64,000 nt of DNA from Candidatus Bathyarchaeia archaeon (lineage in GTDB: Archaea > Thermoproteota > Bathyarchaeia > Bathyarchaeales > Bathycorpusculaceae). Both the position numbers and the translations under genes were made by a program. The notes under the pieces are model-generated. The model saw nothing but the letters and a program-made list of their open reading frames with translations. It did not search any database and was not told the origin of the DNA. Below, in pieces: positions 10,130-20,256 of this stretch (its first letter is position 1; every line of letters starts with the position of its first letter). Location of the stretch: NCBI GenBank assembly GCA_049512075.1, contig JBEKXL010000006.1, forward strand, positions 1-64,000, read 5' to 3'.

Positions 10130-11137
10130 TTGATGTCAGACAAAGTCGGTGTCGCCGTTGTTGGAGTTGGATTCGTAGGCGGACAGGCACACGTACCCAG
10201 TTTCAAGAAAATCGAAGGCTCAGAACTGATTGCTCTGGGAGCCACCACGGAAAAACGTGTAAAACCTCTTGCGGAACAGTACGGCGTCAAATACTATTTA
10301 GATTACGACAAACTCTTGGAAGACCCAAAAATTCAAGCCGTAGCCCTAGCTGTTCCAACGCCGATGCATTTCGACCTAGCTATGAAAGCAATGAAAAAAG
10401 GCAAGCACGTTCTGTGTGAGATGCCCCTTGCCCCAACCATAGACAAAGTCAAAGAGCTTCAGAAGACCGCTGAAAAGAACAAGGTGATTCTGATGCCGAT
10501 TCTTCAGTTCAGATTCGCGCCCATATACACAAAGACGAAGGAAATGATAGAATCCGGCCTGATCGGCAAACCCGTAGCTTTCCACTTCCGCGAATTCATA
10601 CCCGCTTCAAGCATCGCTGAACAGTGGCCGGCAGGGTCCTGGGCTTGGAACATCGAAAAAAGCGGAGGATACCCTGACTTCACCCTCTCCGTCTGGTCCA
10701 TAGACATGTTCAGATGGCTGTTCAAGAGCGAAATAGAAAACGTCCAGTGGATGGCAAGCTACCCCAAACTTGAAAAGTACGGGGGAATACTGGGCTACAA
10801 CACGATGGGCATTGTAAAACTCTCAAACGGCGCCGTGGGTTCACTTCATTACAGTGCGTCAGTGACACCTTCTGCAAGCCTCAGCAGGCTGGAGGTCTAC
10901 GGCGACAACACGGACGTTATCCACGCTATTAATTTCAACAAGATTCTATTGTACGGGTCAGGGGAACAACCACAGGAATGGAACTTGGATGTTAAAGGCA
11001 CCAGAGTCTGGGGACACCGTCAACTGGACGAACACTTCATAGACTGTGTTCTTCATAACAAGAAACCTCAAGTCACAGCTGAAGACGCCATAAAAGCCGA
11101 AGAGGTCGCACTGAAAATAGTTAAGAACATAAAGTAG
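10130..11137 (+). CDS. Gfo/Idh/MocA family oxidoreductase
   Basis: VAVVGVGFVG Rossmann motif, AVPTPMH, GKHVLCEMP. Confidence 0.85.
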   Translation: MMSDKVGVAVVGVGFVGGQAHVPSFKKIEGSELIALGATTEKRVKPLAEQYGVKYYLDYDKLLEDPKIQAVALAVPTPMHFDLAMKAMKKGKHVLCEMPLAPTIDKVKELQKTAEKNKVILMPILQFRFAPIYTKTKEMIESGLIGKPVAFHFREFIPASSIAEQWPAGSWAWNIEKSGGYPDFTLSVWSIDMFRWLFKSEIENVQWMASYPKLEKYGGILGYNTMGIVKLSNGAVGSLHYSASVTPSASLSRLEVYGDNTDVIHAINFNKILLYGSGEQPQEWNLDVKGTRVWGHRQLDEHFIDCVLHNKKPQVTAEDAIKAEEVALKIVKNIK

Positions 11138-11251
11138 AACAACAACAAGCCAAAACTCCCTCCGCAGAGGATAAGAACAACAATCCAACAGTCTTCCAAA
11201 GAAGAGGTTTATAACCAACTCGATTCTTTCTACTTAGCGTGGTAGGCAAAA

Positions 11252-11431
11252 ATGTGCGAATTCAAAGTGATTCTTAACGGAGAAACAGTGTTCAAGGACG
11301 TCGTCCTCGCCAAAGTCAAAGGCAGCAGTGTAAGCGTCAAGGATGTCCTCGGGCAATCCAAAGAATTCAAGAACTGCAAAATACTAGAAGTCGACGTGAA
11401 CTCTACACGCTTAGTCCTATCAAGCCCCTGA
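11252..11431 (+). CDS. cooT: CooT-family nickel-binding protein (59 aa, absent from ORF track)
   Basis: Manual translation MCEFKVILNGETVFKDVVLAKVKGSSVSVKDVLGQSKEFKNCKILEVDVNSTRLVLSSP; N-terminal MC, DVLG and ILEVD fit CooT. Confidence 0.8.
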   Translation: MCEFKVILNGETVFKDVVLAKVKGSSVSVKDVLGQSKEFKNCKILEVDVNSTRLVLSSP

Positions 11432-11521
11432 GATATAGATTCAGAGTAGAGTCTGATGGATTGGAGGCCCGCATGAGGGGATTTCAACTCCGTCGCTGCT
11501 TGGTTTCATACTTGACTTTTC

Positions 11522-12352
11522 CTACCGACTTAGAAGAAGATAAATGATCAGAGGCAGAAGGCCGAGAAACACTGGGAAGGGCAATCCTGGGAACATGCCT
11601 CTCTTTTCCAGCATCTTGAGAACCAATAAAACCCCCGCCATTATGCCGATTGCTGAGACAGCGCAGAAGATTGGACCTGCGTTTGCGAGAACCAGGCCTG
11701 TGAGCATTGAATAGAACGTGAGGTCACCCAGCCCCATTTGAACATCCCTGAAAGAGAAGCTCAGTCCGCGAAGCTGGTCAAGTCCTTGCTGAGCTATCTT
11801 TCCCACGGGACCGCGATAGACTGCAAATACGTCATAAATAGCTAGGAAAGCCAGAATCAAGACCGCGCTTATAATCGGTATCGAGATTCCGAGAAACGCG
11901 CCTAGAGCTCCACCCAAAAGAAGAATCACAAGGTTGGAAATCCTTCCTTGAACCTTGAAAATCGCAAAATCCGCCAAGGCCGTTACAGATGCAGCCACTG
12001 CCAAAGTCAGAATCAGGGCAGCGGTGGAGGAAACTGCAAGCAGGGAGAATACTGCAGACAGATAGAAGATTGAAAGCATGAGAATTGCAGCTGTCAAGGC
12101 GAAGCCTGTGATTAGGCTTATCGCCCTCAGTTTCTTGCGTTTAATGAGTAGATACAGCAGTGTGGCGCCGATTCCTGCGAGTATGACAAAGTAGAGTGCG
12201 TTGATGAGTGATTCTGGACCTTCTGGGAACGGTGTGACTGCGTAAAGGCTAATATCCGATGTCAAGACCAAGTAGGCGCAGACTATGCCGAACACTAGGC
12301 TTCCTAGCACAGGCAGCAATTGTACTGGCTCGGTTTTAAACTCGCCTTTCAA
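11522..12352 (-). CDS. Presenilin/SPP-like intramembrane aspartyl protease (A22)
   Basis: Multi-TM protein with YD (IYDVFAV), GLGD and PGLP (PAL-like) motifs. Confidence 0.88.
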   Translation of the reverse strand: MKGEFKTEPVQLLPVLGSLVFGIVCAYLVLTSDISLYAVTPFPEGPESLINALYFVILAGIGATLLYLLIKRKKLRAISLITGFALTAAILMLSIFYLSAVFSLLAVSSTAALILTLAVAASVTALADFAIFKVQGRISNLVILLLGGALGAFLGISIPIISAVLILAFLAIYDVFAVYRGPVGKIAQQGLDQLRGLSFSFRDVQMGLGDLTFYSMLTGLVLANAGPIFCAVSAIGIMAGVLLVLKMLEKRGMFPGLPFPVFLGLLPLIIYLLLSR

Positions 12353-12905
12353 GAACCTTACCCTTATCCGCGGTTGTCATCGCTTTCACGTAACACTTGT
12401 TGCAGAATAAGCTTTGTTTTCTGTCAGTTTCGAAGATCGAGTTGGAAAAATACATGACGCAAAACGGGTTAGCGCAATGTTTCAATCCCAGTGTGTGCCC
12501 GAGCTCATGAACTGCTTCTTTTGTGCCTCTTTCAGCAAGAACCTGACTGTCTGAGGCTTTTCCGTGGAACTCGGGTCTGAGTCTCCACAGCGATATGGCG
12601 GCTACTTTTCCAGGGTATTCCGCCTCTCCGAAGACGAAATTGAGTCTCGGAACAAAAAGGTCAGCGTCCACGATTCCCAGGATACGATCGAAGGAACTGT
12701 GGATTTCAGCAAAGTTGCGGATTGCGCTCAAGATTATGTCTGAACGGTATTGCTGTCTCGTCTTAGCGTAGGCTTCCTCAGGCAGCGGCAGAGTCTCCGC
12801 GATTAAGGTGGTTTTTGTATCGGCAAAAATCGTGTCCAAGTTTTCTTGGATTCTGCTTGTCACGCCAGAATCCACTGGTCCAACCCGCACTATTCCAATC
12901 TTCAT
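12336..12905 (-). CDS. amzA: Archaemetzincin (M54 zinc protease)
   Basis: HELGHTLGLKHC-x4-CVM, DLFVPRLNFVFG, C-terminal FCNKC. Confidence 0.92.
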   Translation of the reverse strand: MKIGIVRVGPVDSGVTSRIQENLDTIFADTKTTLIAETLPLPEEAYAKTRQQYRSDIILSAIRNFAEIHSSFDRILGIVDADLFVPRLNFVFGEAEYPGKVAAISLWRLRPEFHGKASDSQVLAERGTKEAVHELGHTLGLKHCANPFCVMYFSNSIFETDRKQSLFCNKCYVKAMTTADKGKVLERRV

Positions 12906-12918
12906 CGTTTCTTTCTCT

Positions 12919-14184
12919 CTAGATTTTGACGATGTCCCCTGTTTTGGGTGCCACTGCTTCTAGACCAAGTTCATTCTTTGCCCATTTTGCCAGCAGTTCG
13001 CAGTTTCCTTCTGCCCCGTGAACCACGTAGACCTTGGGTTTTCCGCCAAGTCTTCTGAGCGCTTCTCTGAGCTCGCCTGCTCCGCAATGTGACGAGAAAT
13101 CGAAATGCTGCACCTGAGCCTTGACTTTCCGCATTTTTCCATCGATGACGCATAATCCTTTTTCCATCAACTCTTTTCCTGGAGTGCCTGGAATCTGATA
13201 GCTTACCAAGAAGACGGCGTTATCTGATTTCTTTCCGATTTTCGAAATGTAGAACATGGCTGGGCCACCCTTAAGCATGCCTGCTGGCGAGATTATTACG
13301 CCCGGCATCCTTGCGGCTCTCCTCCGATCCCTCCATCCTTCAACCCAGTTTGAAGAGTGTACAGCGTCAGCGAAGGTTCTTCCGTCTCTCAAAAACTGTG
13401 GATAGTTCATCATCACTCTGCTCACTTCGCGTGCCATCCCATCAAGCGTGACTGGATACTCAAAATGATGAGCGGCCAGTACGCACACGAGTTCCTGTGA
13501 TCTTCCAACTCCGAAAGCCGGGACAAGAACCGTGCCACCTTTCTCCACAACATCACTGCACGTGTCTACGAACCGTTTTTCAAGTTCTTGGCGTTCGGTG
13601 TGCTCCTCATTGGCATACGTGCTTTCAATTATCACAGCGTCCAAGTCTTGGTAGTCCATTTTCGCGCCTTCGAGAAGCCTTGTGTCTACGATGTTGAAGT
13701 CTCCAGTGTACAACAGCCTTTTCCCCTCAGCTTCAACGAGCGTTTGCACGCTTCCAGGGATGTGTCCAGCGTTCCTGAACTGGAATGCTATATCTCCAAC
13801 TCTCTGTTCAACATTGAAATCCACATGCCTACTGTTCTGCGTCATCGATTTGAGCTCGAGATACTCAAAAGGCAGGTAATAGCTGGACAGGTGAATGAAG
13901 TCTGAAATCAACAACTGGTTCAGTTCCGCGCTCACCCTGTTCGTGTACAAGGGTTTCTTACCCTGCATATAGAATATCGGGATGGCCCCAGAGTGATCCA
14001 GGTGACTGTGTGACAAAACTATGGCATCAACGTCCTTAGGAGGCACGTGCATGGGGAACCCTGGCTCATGATCCAACATGGCACCATAGTCCATCAGAAT
14101 CTGCGTTTTTTCCGTCTTCACCGAAATTGCTATTCTGCCGACTTCCCGGGTCCCGCCCAAAAAACCTACCTGTAACTGTCCCAT
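12919..14184 (-). CDS. Metallo-beta-lactamase/beta-CASP ribonuclease (CPSF-like, no KH domains)
   Basis: LGGTREVGR, HSHLDH, AGHIPGS, YTGD, IESTY, FSSH, VVHG. Confidence 0.9.
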   Translation of the reverse strand: MGQLQVGFLGGTREVGRIAISVKTEKTQILMDYGAMLDHEPGFPMHVPPKDVDAIVLSHSHLDHSGAIPIFYMQGKKPLYTNRVSAELNQLLISDFIHLSSYYLPFEYLELKSMTQNSRHVDFNVEQRVGDIAFQFRNAGHIPGSVQTLVEAEGKRLLYTGDFNIVDTRLLEGAKMDYQDLDAVIIESTYANEEHTERQELEKRFVDTCSDVVEKGGTVLVPAFGVGRSQELVCVLAAHHFEYPVTLDGMAREVSRVMMNYPQFLRDGRTFADAVHSSNWVEGWRDRRRAARMPGVIISPAGMLKGGPAMFYISKIGKKSDNAVFLVSYQIPGTPGKELMEKGLCVIDGKMRKVKAQVQHFDFSSHCGAGELREALRRLGGKPKVYVVHGAEGNCELLAKWAKNELGLEAVAPKTGDIVKI

Positions 14185-14226
14185 TTCTTTTCATCCGCTA
14201 GTTCATTATTCATGCTTTGTGCTCTT

Positions 14227-14454
14227 TTAAAAATGTATTGACTTGCGGCCTGAAGAAGCTTTGACGAAGCCTTTCCTTATCGCGGTTAAAATCGAGTCAA
14301 TGTTCAGCGAGGCTTCGATCTCTGTGTAAACACTCCATAAATCTTCGATGTTATGGGCATCACTGCCAGCGACGCCGGGCAAGCCCATTTCCCTAGCCAG
14401 TTCCTCTGCAAGCTTGTTGCGCGCGCGGATCAAGATTTCTTGCTGTCTCCTCAC
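14227..14454 (-). CDS. Stand-alone C-terminal PHP-domain fragment
   Basis: LPGVAGSDAH...ILTAIRKG matches the end of PHP hydrolases; GTG start overlaps tgtA stop. Confidence 0.55.
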   Translation of the reverse strand: MRRQQEILIRARNKLAEELAREMGLPGVAGSDAHNIEDLWSVYTEIEASLNIDSILTAIRKGFVKASSGRKSIHF

Positions 14455-16052
14455 AGAACATCCTTCAAATCAGCTATCAAGTTCTTCCCTTGCTTTTTTC
14501 TGGTGTCAATGCATTTGAATTTGATTTTCTTCTTTGCGCAGGCTTTTCTGCACGCATTAAGAACAGATTTTTCCCAGTTTTCAGCGTCGTCGAACAGTAC
14601 AACTGTTTCATAGCACGTGCGGCTGATGTAATCAGCTAGCTGAGTTGCTACATATTCTGATGTTTCCTTGTCAGGTGTGAGAACTGTTTCATGCTGTGAG
14701 AGCGGATAAACCTCGTCAAGCTCGGTTGGAGCGACACCGAATGGGGCACTGTAGAAGCACGCGTGAAGTCTGTTTGGATTCTCCAGTGCACGGAGTTGCC
14801 CCATGAGATCCGCGAAGAGCTTTGACTTGTGAAACGGTTTTCTGCGTGTTTGAGGCAACAACAAGAGAATCTTCGCTTCGCCGGGCGGGGTGTACCTTTC
14901 AGCCAGCCTCTTCCTATGTCGGACGATTTCCGGTCGTGCAAGCCCGACGGAGCTGAAGAAGAACAATCCGCTGCTTTTTGTGGCTGGGTCGTGTTTCTCA
15001 ACGTAATCCTCGTACTTCTTCAGGTTTTTCACTGCTTGAAACAACGCTGGGTGTCCGTGTGCCCGCATTTCCAAGTGTTCCCACAATCTGCCGTCTCTTA
15101 TTGCTTGTTTAATGCGTTTCAATTCAGCAGCACACGCGTGAAGGTTGTGTTCGGCGAGGAACATCTGCACCTCTTTCGGAGACAGTTCCATAACCTGTTT
15201 CGGAGATGCCCTCACGCATTTTGGGCAAGCGCACGGGAAGTAATCTAGTTCATTCAGTCTGCAAGTGCCTGTTTCAGTCATGTAGCGGCCTTCTTTGGCG
15301 TACAACGAATAGGCTGCGGAATCGAAAAAGTCGCATCCTAGGGCTACGGCCAAAGCGAACATGAAAGGATGTCCCGCGCCGAAGAGGTGAAGCGGTTTCT
15401 CGATGGGCAGATGCGTTTTCGCGGTCATTATCATGTCGACCAGGACGTCGAAACGATAGCGCTCCATAACTTCAGTCGGGCTTCCTAAGGCGTGTATTTG
15501 GAAGGGAAGTTTCCCCATTTCTTTAGCGGACTTGGCCACGAGGTCCAGGTATTTTCCGCCTTGCACCGGTCCTACCCAGAGGATGTCTTCTCTTGTTTTG
15601 AACGTAAGGAATTCCTTGGCTCGTTTGAGAGTTTCGTCAACTGTCTGTCGCGCACAGTCTTCTGTAACTTTCCAGCCTGTTGGAATGTCAAGTATCGTGG
15701 CAATGTCCGAACCTATCTGTTCCTGGTATTCCACTATCTCTTTCGGGGTTACCTCTATGTCGCCATATACGAGAATCTGGTAGGCGCCGGAGTCAGTCAT
15801 TACGGTGCCGTTGAAATCCAGGAAGCTGTGCAAACCATTCTTGGCAGGCTGTTTCTGCGAATGTTTCCTCAAAATGTACGCGTTGGTTATTAACGCCTCA
15901 AAACCGAACTCTTCCCTAATCCTCCTCGGAGAAATGAGCTGCACGATGGGGTTTATGACTGGGAAAAGTAGGGGCGTCTCTACTGTTCCACTCTTAGTTT
16001 GAAGTCTTCCAATTCTTGCCAGCAGATCTTTTTCTTTTATCTCAAAAGACAT
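14451..16052 (-). CDS. tgtA: 7-cyano-7-deazaguanine tRNA-ribosyltransferase (archaeosine TGT)
   Basis: ETPLLFPVINP, MTDSGAYQ, LDIPT, HLFGAGHP, FDSAAY, CACPKC; start placed at MSFEIKEKD. Confidence 0.94.
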   Translation of the reverse strand: MSFEIKEKDLLARIGRLQTKSGTVETPLLFPVINPIVQLISPRRIREEFGFEALITNAYILRKHSQKQPAKNGLHSFLDFNGTVMTDSGAYQILVYGDIEVTPKEIVEYQEQIGSDIATILDIPTGWKVTEDCARQTVDETLKRAKEFLTFKTREDILWVGPVQGGKYLDLVAKSAKEMGKLPFQIHALGSPTEVMERYRFDVLVDMIMTAKTHLPIEKPLHLFGAGHPFMFALAVALGCDFFDSAAYSLYAKEGRYMTETGTCRLNELDYFPCACPKCVRASPKQVMELSPKEVQMFLAEHNLHACAAELKRIKQAIRDGRLWEHLEMRAHGHPALFQAVKNLKKYEDYVEKHDPATKSSGLFFFSSVGLARPEIVRHRKRLAERYTPPGEAKILLLLPQTRRKPFHKSKLFADLMGQLRALENPNRLHACFYSAPFGVAPTELDEVYPLSQHETVLTPDKETSEYVATQLADYISRTCYETVVLFDDAENWEKSVLNACRKACAKKKIKFKCIDTRKKQGKNLIADLKDVL

Positions 16053-16140
16053 CGTCGAACTCAGACAAGAGAAAAACAAGCACACATATAAAAAACATTC
16101 ACTAGATAATGACAACCAGATGAGAATGCGGGGTTCGGAC

Positions 16141-18186
16141 ATGAGTTTAAATGAGATTGTCAAAGAAGAGATTTCTGGAAGCGTCGCCAAATCATACGTG
16201 GCACAAATCTCCCGTTTTCACAGGGTTCAAGCCTCAACGATGTTTCACGAAGCCGCAGAATACGTGAAGAGCGAGCTTCTGAAAATAGGGTTGAAGGACG
16301 CCGCGATAGAACAGTTTCCGGCTGATGGAGCCAAGAAATACTGGACCTATACGTCCCCAATGGGCTGGACGGTGAAGAGTGCTGAGCTTCGACTCCTAGA
16401 ACCTGAGGAAAGGCTCCTGGCCTCCTACAAAGACACGCCTCAGAGCCTGCACACCTACAGTAACGCAACGCCTCCAGAGGGCGTGACGGCCGAGCTTGTT
16501 GATGTCGGCGCTGGAACCAAACCAGCCGATTATGGGGGAAAAGACGTGAAGGGTAAATTTGTCCTAGCCACGGGCAGGGCTAAATCTGTTCACGAACAAG
16601 CCGTTTACAAGTATGGAGCTACCGGCGTAATCACCGACTCGGTGACTCTCGAAATACCCGGCGTCCGAGAAAGCCTGGACATTCCCGACGCTCACGCGTA
16701 CCAGTCCATATGGCCTACCGCAGAAGTACTGGACAGGGTCACGTTTGGCTTCTCTCTGAGCAAACGGCAAGGAAATCAGTTGCGGGCTTTGCTTAAACGC
16801 GGAAAACCGGTGAAACTCAAAGCGAAGGTGGATGCTCGGCTGTTTCCTGGCAACTTGGAGTTGGTTACAACCACGATACAAGGCGGGTCGAAGCCGGACG
16901 AGGAAGTGTTTCTAGTCGCTCATCTCTGCCACCCCAAGCCCAGCGCCAACGATAATGCTTCTGGCAGCGGTCTGCTCTTGGAGATTGCCAGAACAATCAA
17001 TATCTTGATTGAATCAGGAAAAATCGAGCGTCCAGCTCGGACAATGCGCTTCATATGGGTGCCCGAAACGTTCGGTTCGGTAAGCTACCTTTACAGCCAT
17101 GAGGACTTGCCCACAAGGTTGGTCGCGGGCATAAACTTGGACATGGTGGGTCAAAACCAGGAACTGTGCAAGTCCACGCTCAATCTTGACCGCACTCCTG
17201 ATTCGCTGCCATCTTATCTGAATGATCTCGTCTTTCGTCTCATGGAAGAATCTGTCAAAGAATTTGATGCACCATCTCCGTTCGGGTCGTCATCCACGTT
17301 CCGGTACGCGACGGGGGCTTTCAGCGGCGGCAGCGACCACGCAGAATTCACCGACTCAACGATAGGAGTTCCATGCGTCATGCTGCTTCAATGGCCAGAC
17401 TTGTTCTATCACACAAGCATGGACACCATTGACAAAGTGAGCGAGGACAGCCTAAGAAGAGTCGGATGGATAGTGGCAAATGCCACGCTAACTCTTGCAA
17501 ACGCCACGTTCGAAACAGCATTTCAGCTTGCGAGCGAAACCGCCTCCAAAGGCATGATCAGAATCGAAGAAGCCAAGCGAAAAGCCGTTGAAGAACTGTT
17601 CAAGAGAAGGCAAGACCCGAAGCTGAAAGACAAGCCTGAGGAACTAGTTAGAGAACTGGAGAGAACAGCTTCTCACTACAAGAACAGGATAGAACATTTC
17701 GCGTGGCGTGAACAAGAAGCCGTCAAATCAGTGAGAAGACTCGGAGAAAGCCCTGAACTGAACGCTTCCTTGAGTGAACACTGCAGAAACATTGCCGATC
17801 TAGCTAATCAAGAAATCGCAAGACTTCAGGAGACACTGAGTTTCATAGCTAAAACCTCATTATTGACTCTTCCTAGCCAGCCTGAACACCCAGAGCCAGA
17901 CAAGGAACTCAGAATTGTTCCAAAGCGACTGTTCAAGGGCACGCTTGATTCTAGTGTTCTGAAGAAAACACTGAGTGAGAAAGAGCTTGAGTGGTATGAA
18001 GAAGTGCGCGAGACAGACGGGGATTTTGACAAGAAGTCGGCTGAAATATTGAACTTCATGAATGGAAAACGAAGCGTCTACGAGATTGTGAAAGCTGTTT
18101 CGGCGGAGTACAGCGAAACCAACCCTGAACACGTGTTGAAGTTTCTGCGGGACCTTGAGAAAGCCAAGCTTGTCGAACTCTCCTAG
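16141..18186 (+). CDS. M28-like aminopeptidase with PA domain (DUF4910 type)
   Basis: AHLCHPKPSANDNASG, VPETFGS, NLDMVG, GSDH, YHTSMD; C-terminal winged-helix-like segment. Confidence 0.82.
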   Translation: MSLNEIVKEEISGSVAKSYVAQISRFHRVQASTMFHEAAEYVKSELLKIGLKDAAIEQFPADGAKKYWTYTSPMGWTVKSAELRLLEPEERLLASYKDTPQSLHTYSNATPPEGVTAELVDVGAGTKPADYGGKDVKGKFVLATGRAKSVHEQAVYKYGATGVITDSVTLEIPGVRESLDIPDAHAYQSIWPTAEVLDRVTFGFSLSKRQGNQLRALLKRGKPVKLKAKVDARLFPGNLELVTTTIQGGSKPDEEVFLVAHLCHPKPSANDNASGSGLLLEIARTINILIESGKIERPARTMRFIWVPETFGSVSYLYSHEDLPTRLVAGINLDMVGQNQELCKSTLNLDRTPDSLPSYLNDLVFRLMEESVKEFDAPSPFGSSSTFRYATGAFSGGSDHAEFTDSTIGVPCVMLLQWPDLFYHTSMDTIDKVSEDSLRRVGWIVANATLTLANATFETAFQLASETASKGMIRIEEAKRKAVEELFKRRQDPKLKDKPEELVRELERTASHYKNRIEHFAWREQEAVKSVRRLGESPELNASLSEHCRNIADLANQEIARLQETLSFIAKTSLLTLPSQPEHPEPDKELRIVPKRLFKGTLDSSVLKKTLSEKELEWYEEVRETDGDFDKKSAEILNFMNGKRSVYEIVKAVSAEYSETNPEHVLKFLRDLEKAKLVELS

Positions 18187-18266
18187 CCTCACGTTTTTCA
18201 GCCAAACACACTTATATCACCATTTTTTCTTCTACTACGTGCCTGCCCTATTAGAAGGGGAAACTA

Positions 18267-19019
18267 GTGGTCTGTGTAATTGAAATCTTCGAGAAACCTA
18301 AGCTTCATGATCCTGTTCTAATTGAAGGCCTGCCTGGAATAGGCTTCGTAGCCAACATCGCGGCCTTACATTTGATTCGCGAGTTGAAGGCAGAACGTTT
18401 CGGCGAGGTTCACTCCTCGGCCTTCCAAGACTTGGCGGTCACAACGCAGAACGGTGGGGCGCAGTGTCCGATGAACGAACTGTACCATTACAAGAGCCAG
18501 AATGGTGGGCGCGACTTGATAATCTGGTATGGCAACACGCAGGCCTTGACCACTTCAGGGCAGTACGAGCTCTGCGGCAGAATCTTGGACGTTGCTCAAG
18601 AGCTGGACTGCCACTGCGTCGTGACCTTGGGCGGGTTCAGACAGGAAGAAATTAAGGGTATACCTCAGATTTACACCGCCGCTTCAGACCATGAAACATT
18701 GAACGATGCCCTCGGCCTCGGAACAAAGATAATGGTTGGACAAATATTCGGAATCGCAGGGCTCACGGTCGGACTGGCTAAGCTCAGAGGTTTAAAGAGC
18801 TTCTCGCTCCTGGTGGACACTTTGGGCATGTATCCCGATGCAAACGCCACGCGTTACGTGTTGATAGCACTGAACAAGTTCCTGAACATGAACGTCGACC
18901 TGTCCAAACTAGACGCAGCCGCAGAAGAGACCAAGAGAATCTTGGAATCCTTCGGTTTGATAAGAACTGTCGGGACTGAAAAGAAGAAAGAGGAACAGCA
19001 GTTCCGCTGGTTTATCTAA
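18267..19019 (+). CDS. PAC2-family proteasome assembly chaperone
   Basis: PVLIEGLPGIGFVANIAA, VTLGGF, YPDANA. Confidence 0.88.
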   Translation: MVCVIEIFEKPKLHDPVLIEGLPGIGFVANIAALHLIRELKAERFGEVHSSAFQDLAVTTQNGGAQCPMNELYHYKSQNGGRDLIIWYGNTQALTTSGQYELCGRILDVAQELDCHCVVTLGGFRQEEIKGIPQIYTAASDHETLNDALGLGTKIMVGQIFGIAGLTVGLAKLRGLKSFSLLVDTLGMYPDANATRYVLIALNKFLNMNVDLSKLDAAAEETKRILESFGLIRTVGTEKKKEEQQFRWFI

Positions 19020-19444
19020 GTTTTTCCCTTGGATTCAGTGATGAAAGACGCAAAAACCTTTTCCACGCGTTCGGCAGCTGGGCCTGAGCCTTCAACCACG
19101 CCCTTTTCCGTCACTTTAACCTTGTCCATGACCCAAATGAACCCTTTGTCTTCGTAGAGCTTGATCATTGTCGGAAACACTTTTTCAAGACGATCAGCCA
19201 GGGCCTTCAAATCAAAGGGTTTTTCAACGCTCAAAATTTGGGCGACAACATTTCCGTTCAGAAAAACCCTGTGCAACGCCTTCCCTTCCTCATCCTTCGC
19301 TTCCGAGAGACAAAGGCTCAAATTGTCAGGGTTAATGCCGAGCAACGTTCCTGTAAACGTCTTTCCAGTAGTCGTTCCCACAATCACGTGTCTATCCGCC
19401 AACGCTGAAACCTCAGTGAAGAACTTTCTCTGCGCCACAGACAA
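19016..19444 (-). CDS. Sm-like RNA-binding protein with C-terminal extension (SmAP3 type)
   Basis: Sm1/Sm2 motifs (GKTFTGTLLGIN, VFLNGNVV) plus FDLKALADRLEKVFP...GVVEGSGPAAERV domain. Confidence 0.85.
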   Translation of the reverse strand: MSVAQRKFFTEVSALADRHVIVGTTTGKTFTGTLLGINPDNLSLCLSEAKDEEGKALHRVFLNGNVVAQILSVEKPFDLKALADRLEKVFPTMIKLYEDKGFIWVMDKVKVTEKGVVEGSGPAAERVEKVFASFITESKGKT

Positions 19445-19698
19445 TCATTTAACCCCCATTCTACCTAACGAGATTGCAAAACAACTATTTAAAAATGATA
19501 ATTCCCAGATTTTCGCCTTGGTCATCTCACTTATTTTTCCTGGTTTTTCACGGCTGAATCGAACAATTCTGGCTTAACAGTGCGTGCTTCCAGTTTCTAT
19601 CAAGGCTACGCAGGGCACTAGTCGAGTTAGCATTCTACGCGTCAAGGACTGGGCTTTCTCGAAAAATGGAGGTGGGAAACCGTTTTTGGCAAAGGCGC

Positions 19699-20190
19699 TT
19701 ACAGATCTTCTGCCAGATACTTCAGGTCAAACGGTTTGATGATCATCCCTGTCTTCAAGCTCACGATGAATGATTGGACGTCGCTGATGAACTCTGCAAA
19801 ATTGATGGTGTACTCCCGCATGAAATCGGCGTATTTCGAGTAGTCCTTGTGGAGCGAGAGTATCACTGCGTCTTTCCCGAGGCCTTCTCCGTCGGATGCA
19901 AAGAAGACGTTAGGATGTTGCATAACCCATTTCTTCTGCGCCTCTAGCTTCGTTTCTACCTCTTTCTTATCGTAGGTCTTTGCCTTCGCGAACGTGAACG
20001 CAAAGATTTCATATCCAATCTTCTGAAACTCAGGCACAACTGTGTAGCTTCTCACGTAGCTTTCTGCGAGCTTTCTGTTCCTAGTAACTGTGGGCTGCGA
20101 CACTCTCAGGGTCTTTGCCAGTTCCCTGTCGCTTCTCCTGGAGTTTCGAATTAGTTCTTTCAGAAGTTTGACAAGTTTCTCTTCTTTCAT
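19699..20190 (-). CDS. Lrp/AsnC-family transcriptional regulator
   Basis: NSRRSDRELAKTLRVSQPTVTR HTH; YTVVPEFQKIGY linker. Confidence 0.88.
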   Translation of the reverse strand: MKEEKLVKLLKELIRNSRRSDRELAKTLRVSQPTVTRNRKLAESYVRSYTVVPEFQKIGYEIFAFTFAKAKTYDKKEVETKLEAQKKWVMQHPNVFFASDGEGLGKDAVILSLHKDYSKYADFMREYTINFAEFISDVQSFIVSLKTGMIIKPFDLKYLAEDL

Positions 20191-20256
20191 GGTCTCGAAC
20201 CAAAATCAGTGTACTACAGCTTTTATCTTTTTCGGAGAACCAGCCATACGCTGGCT

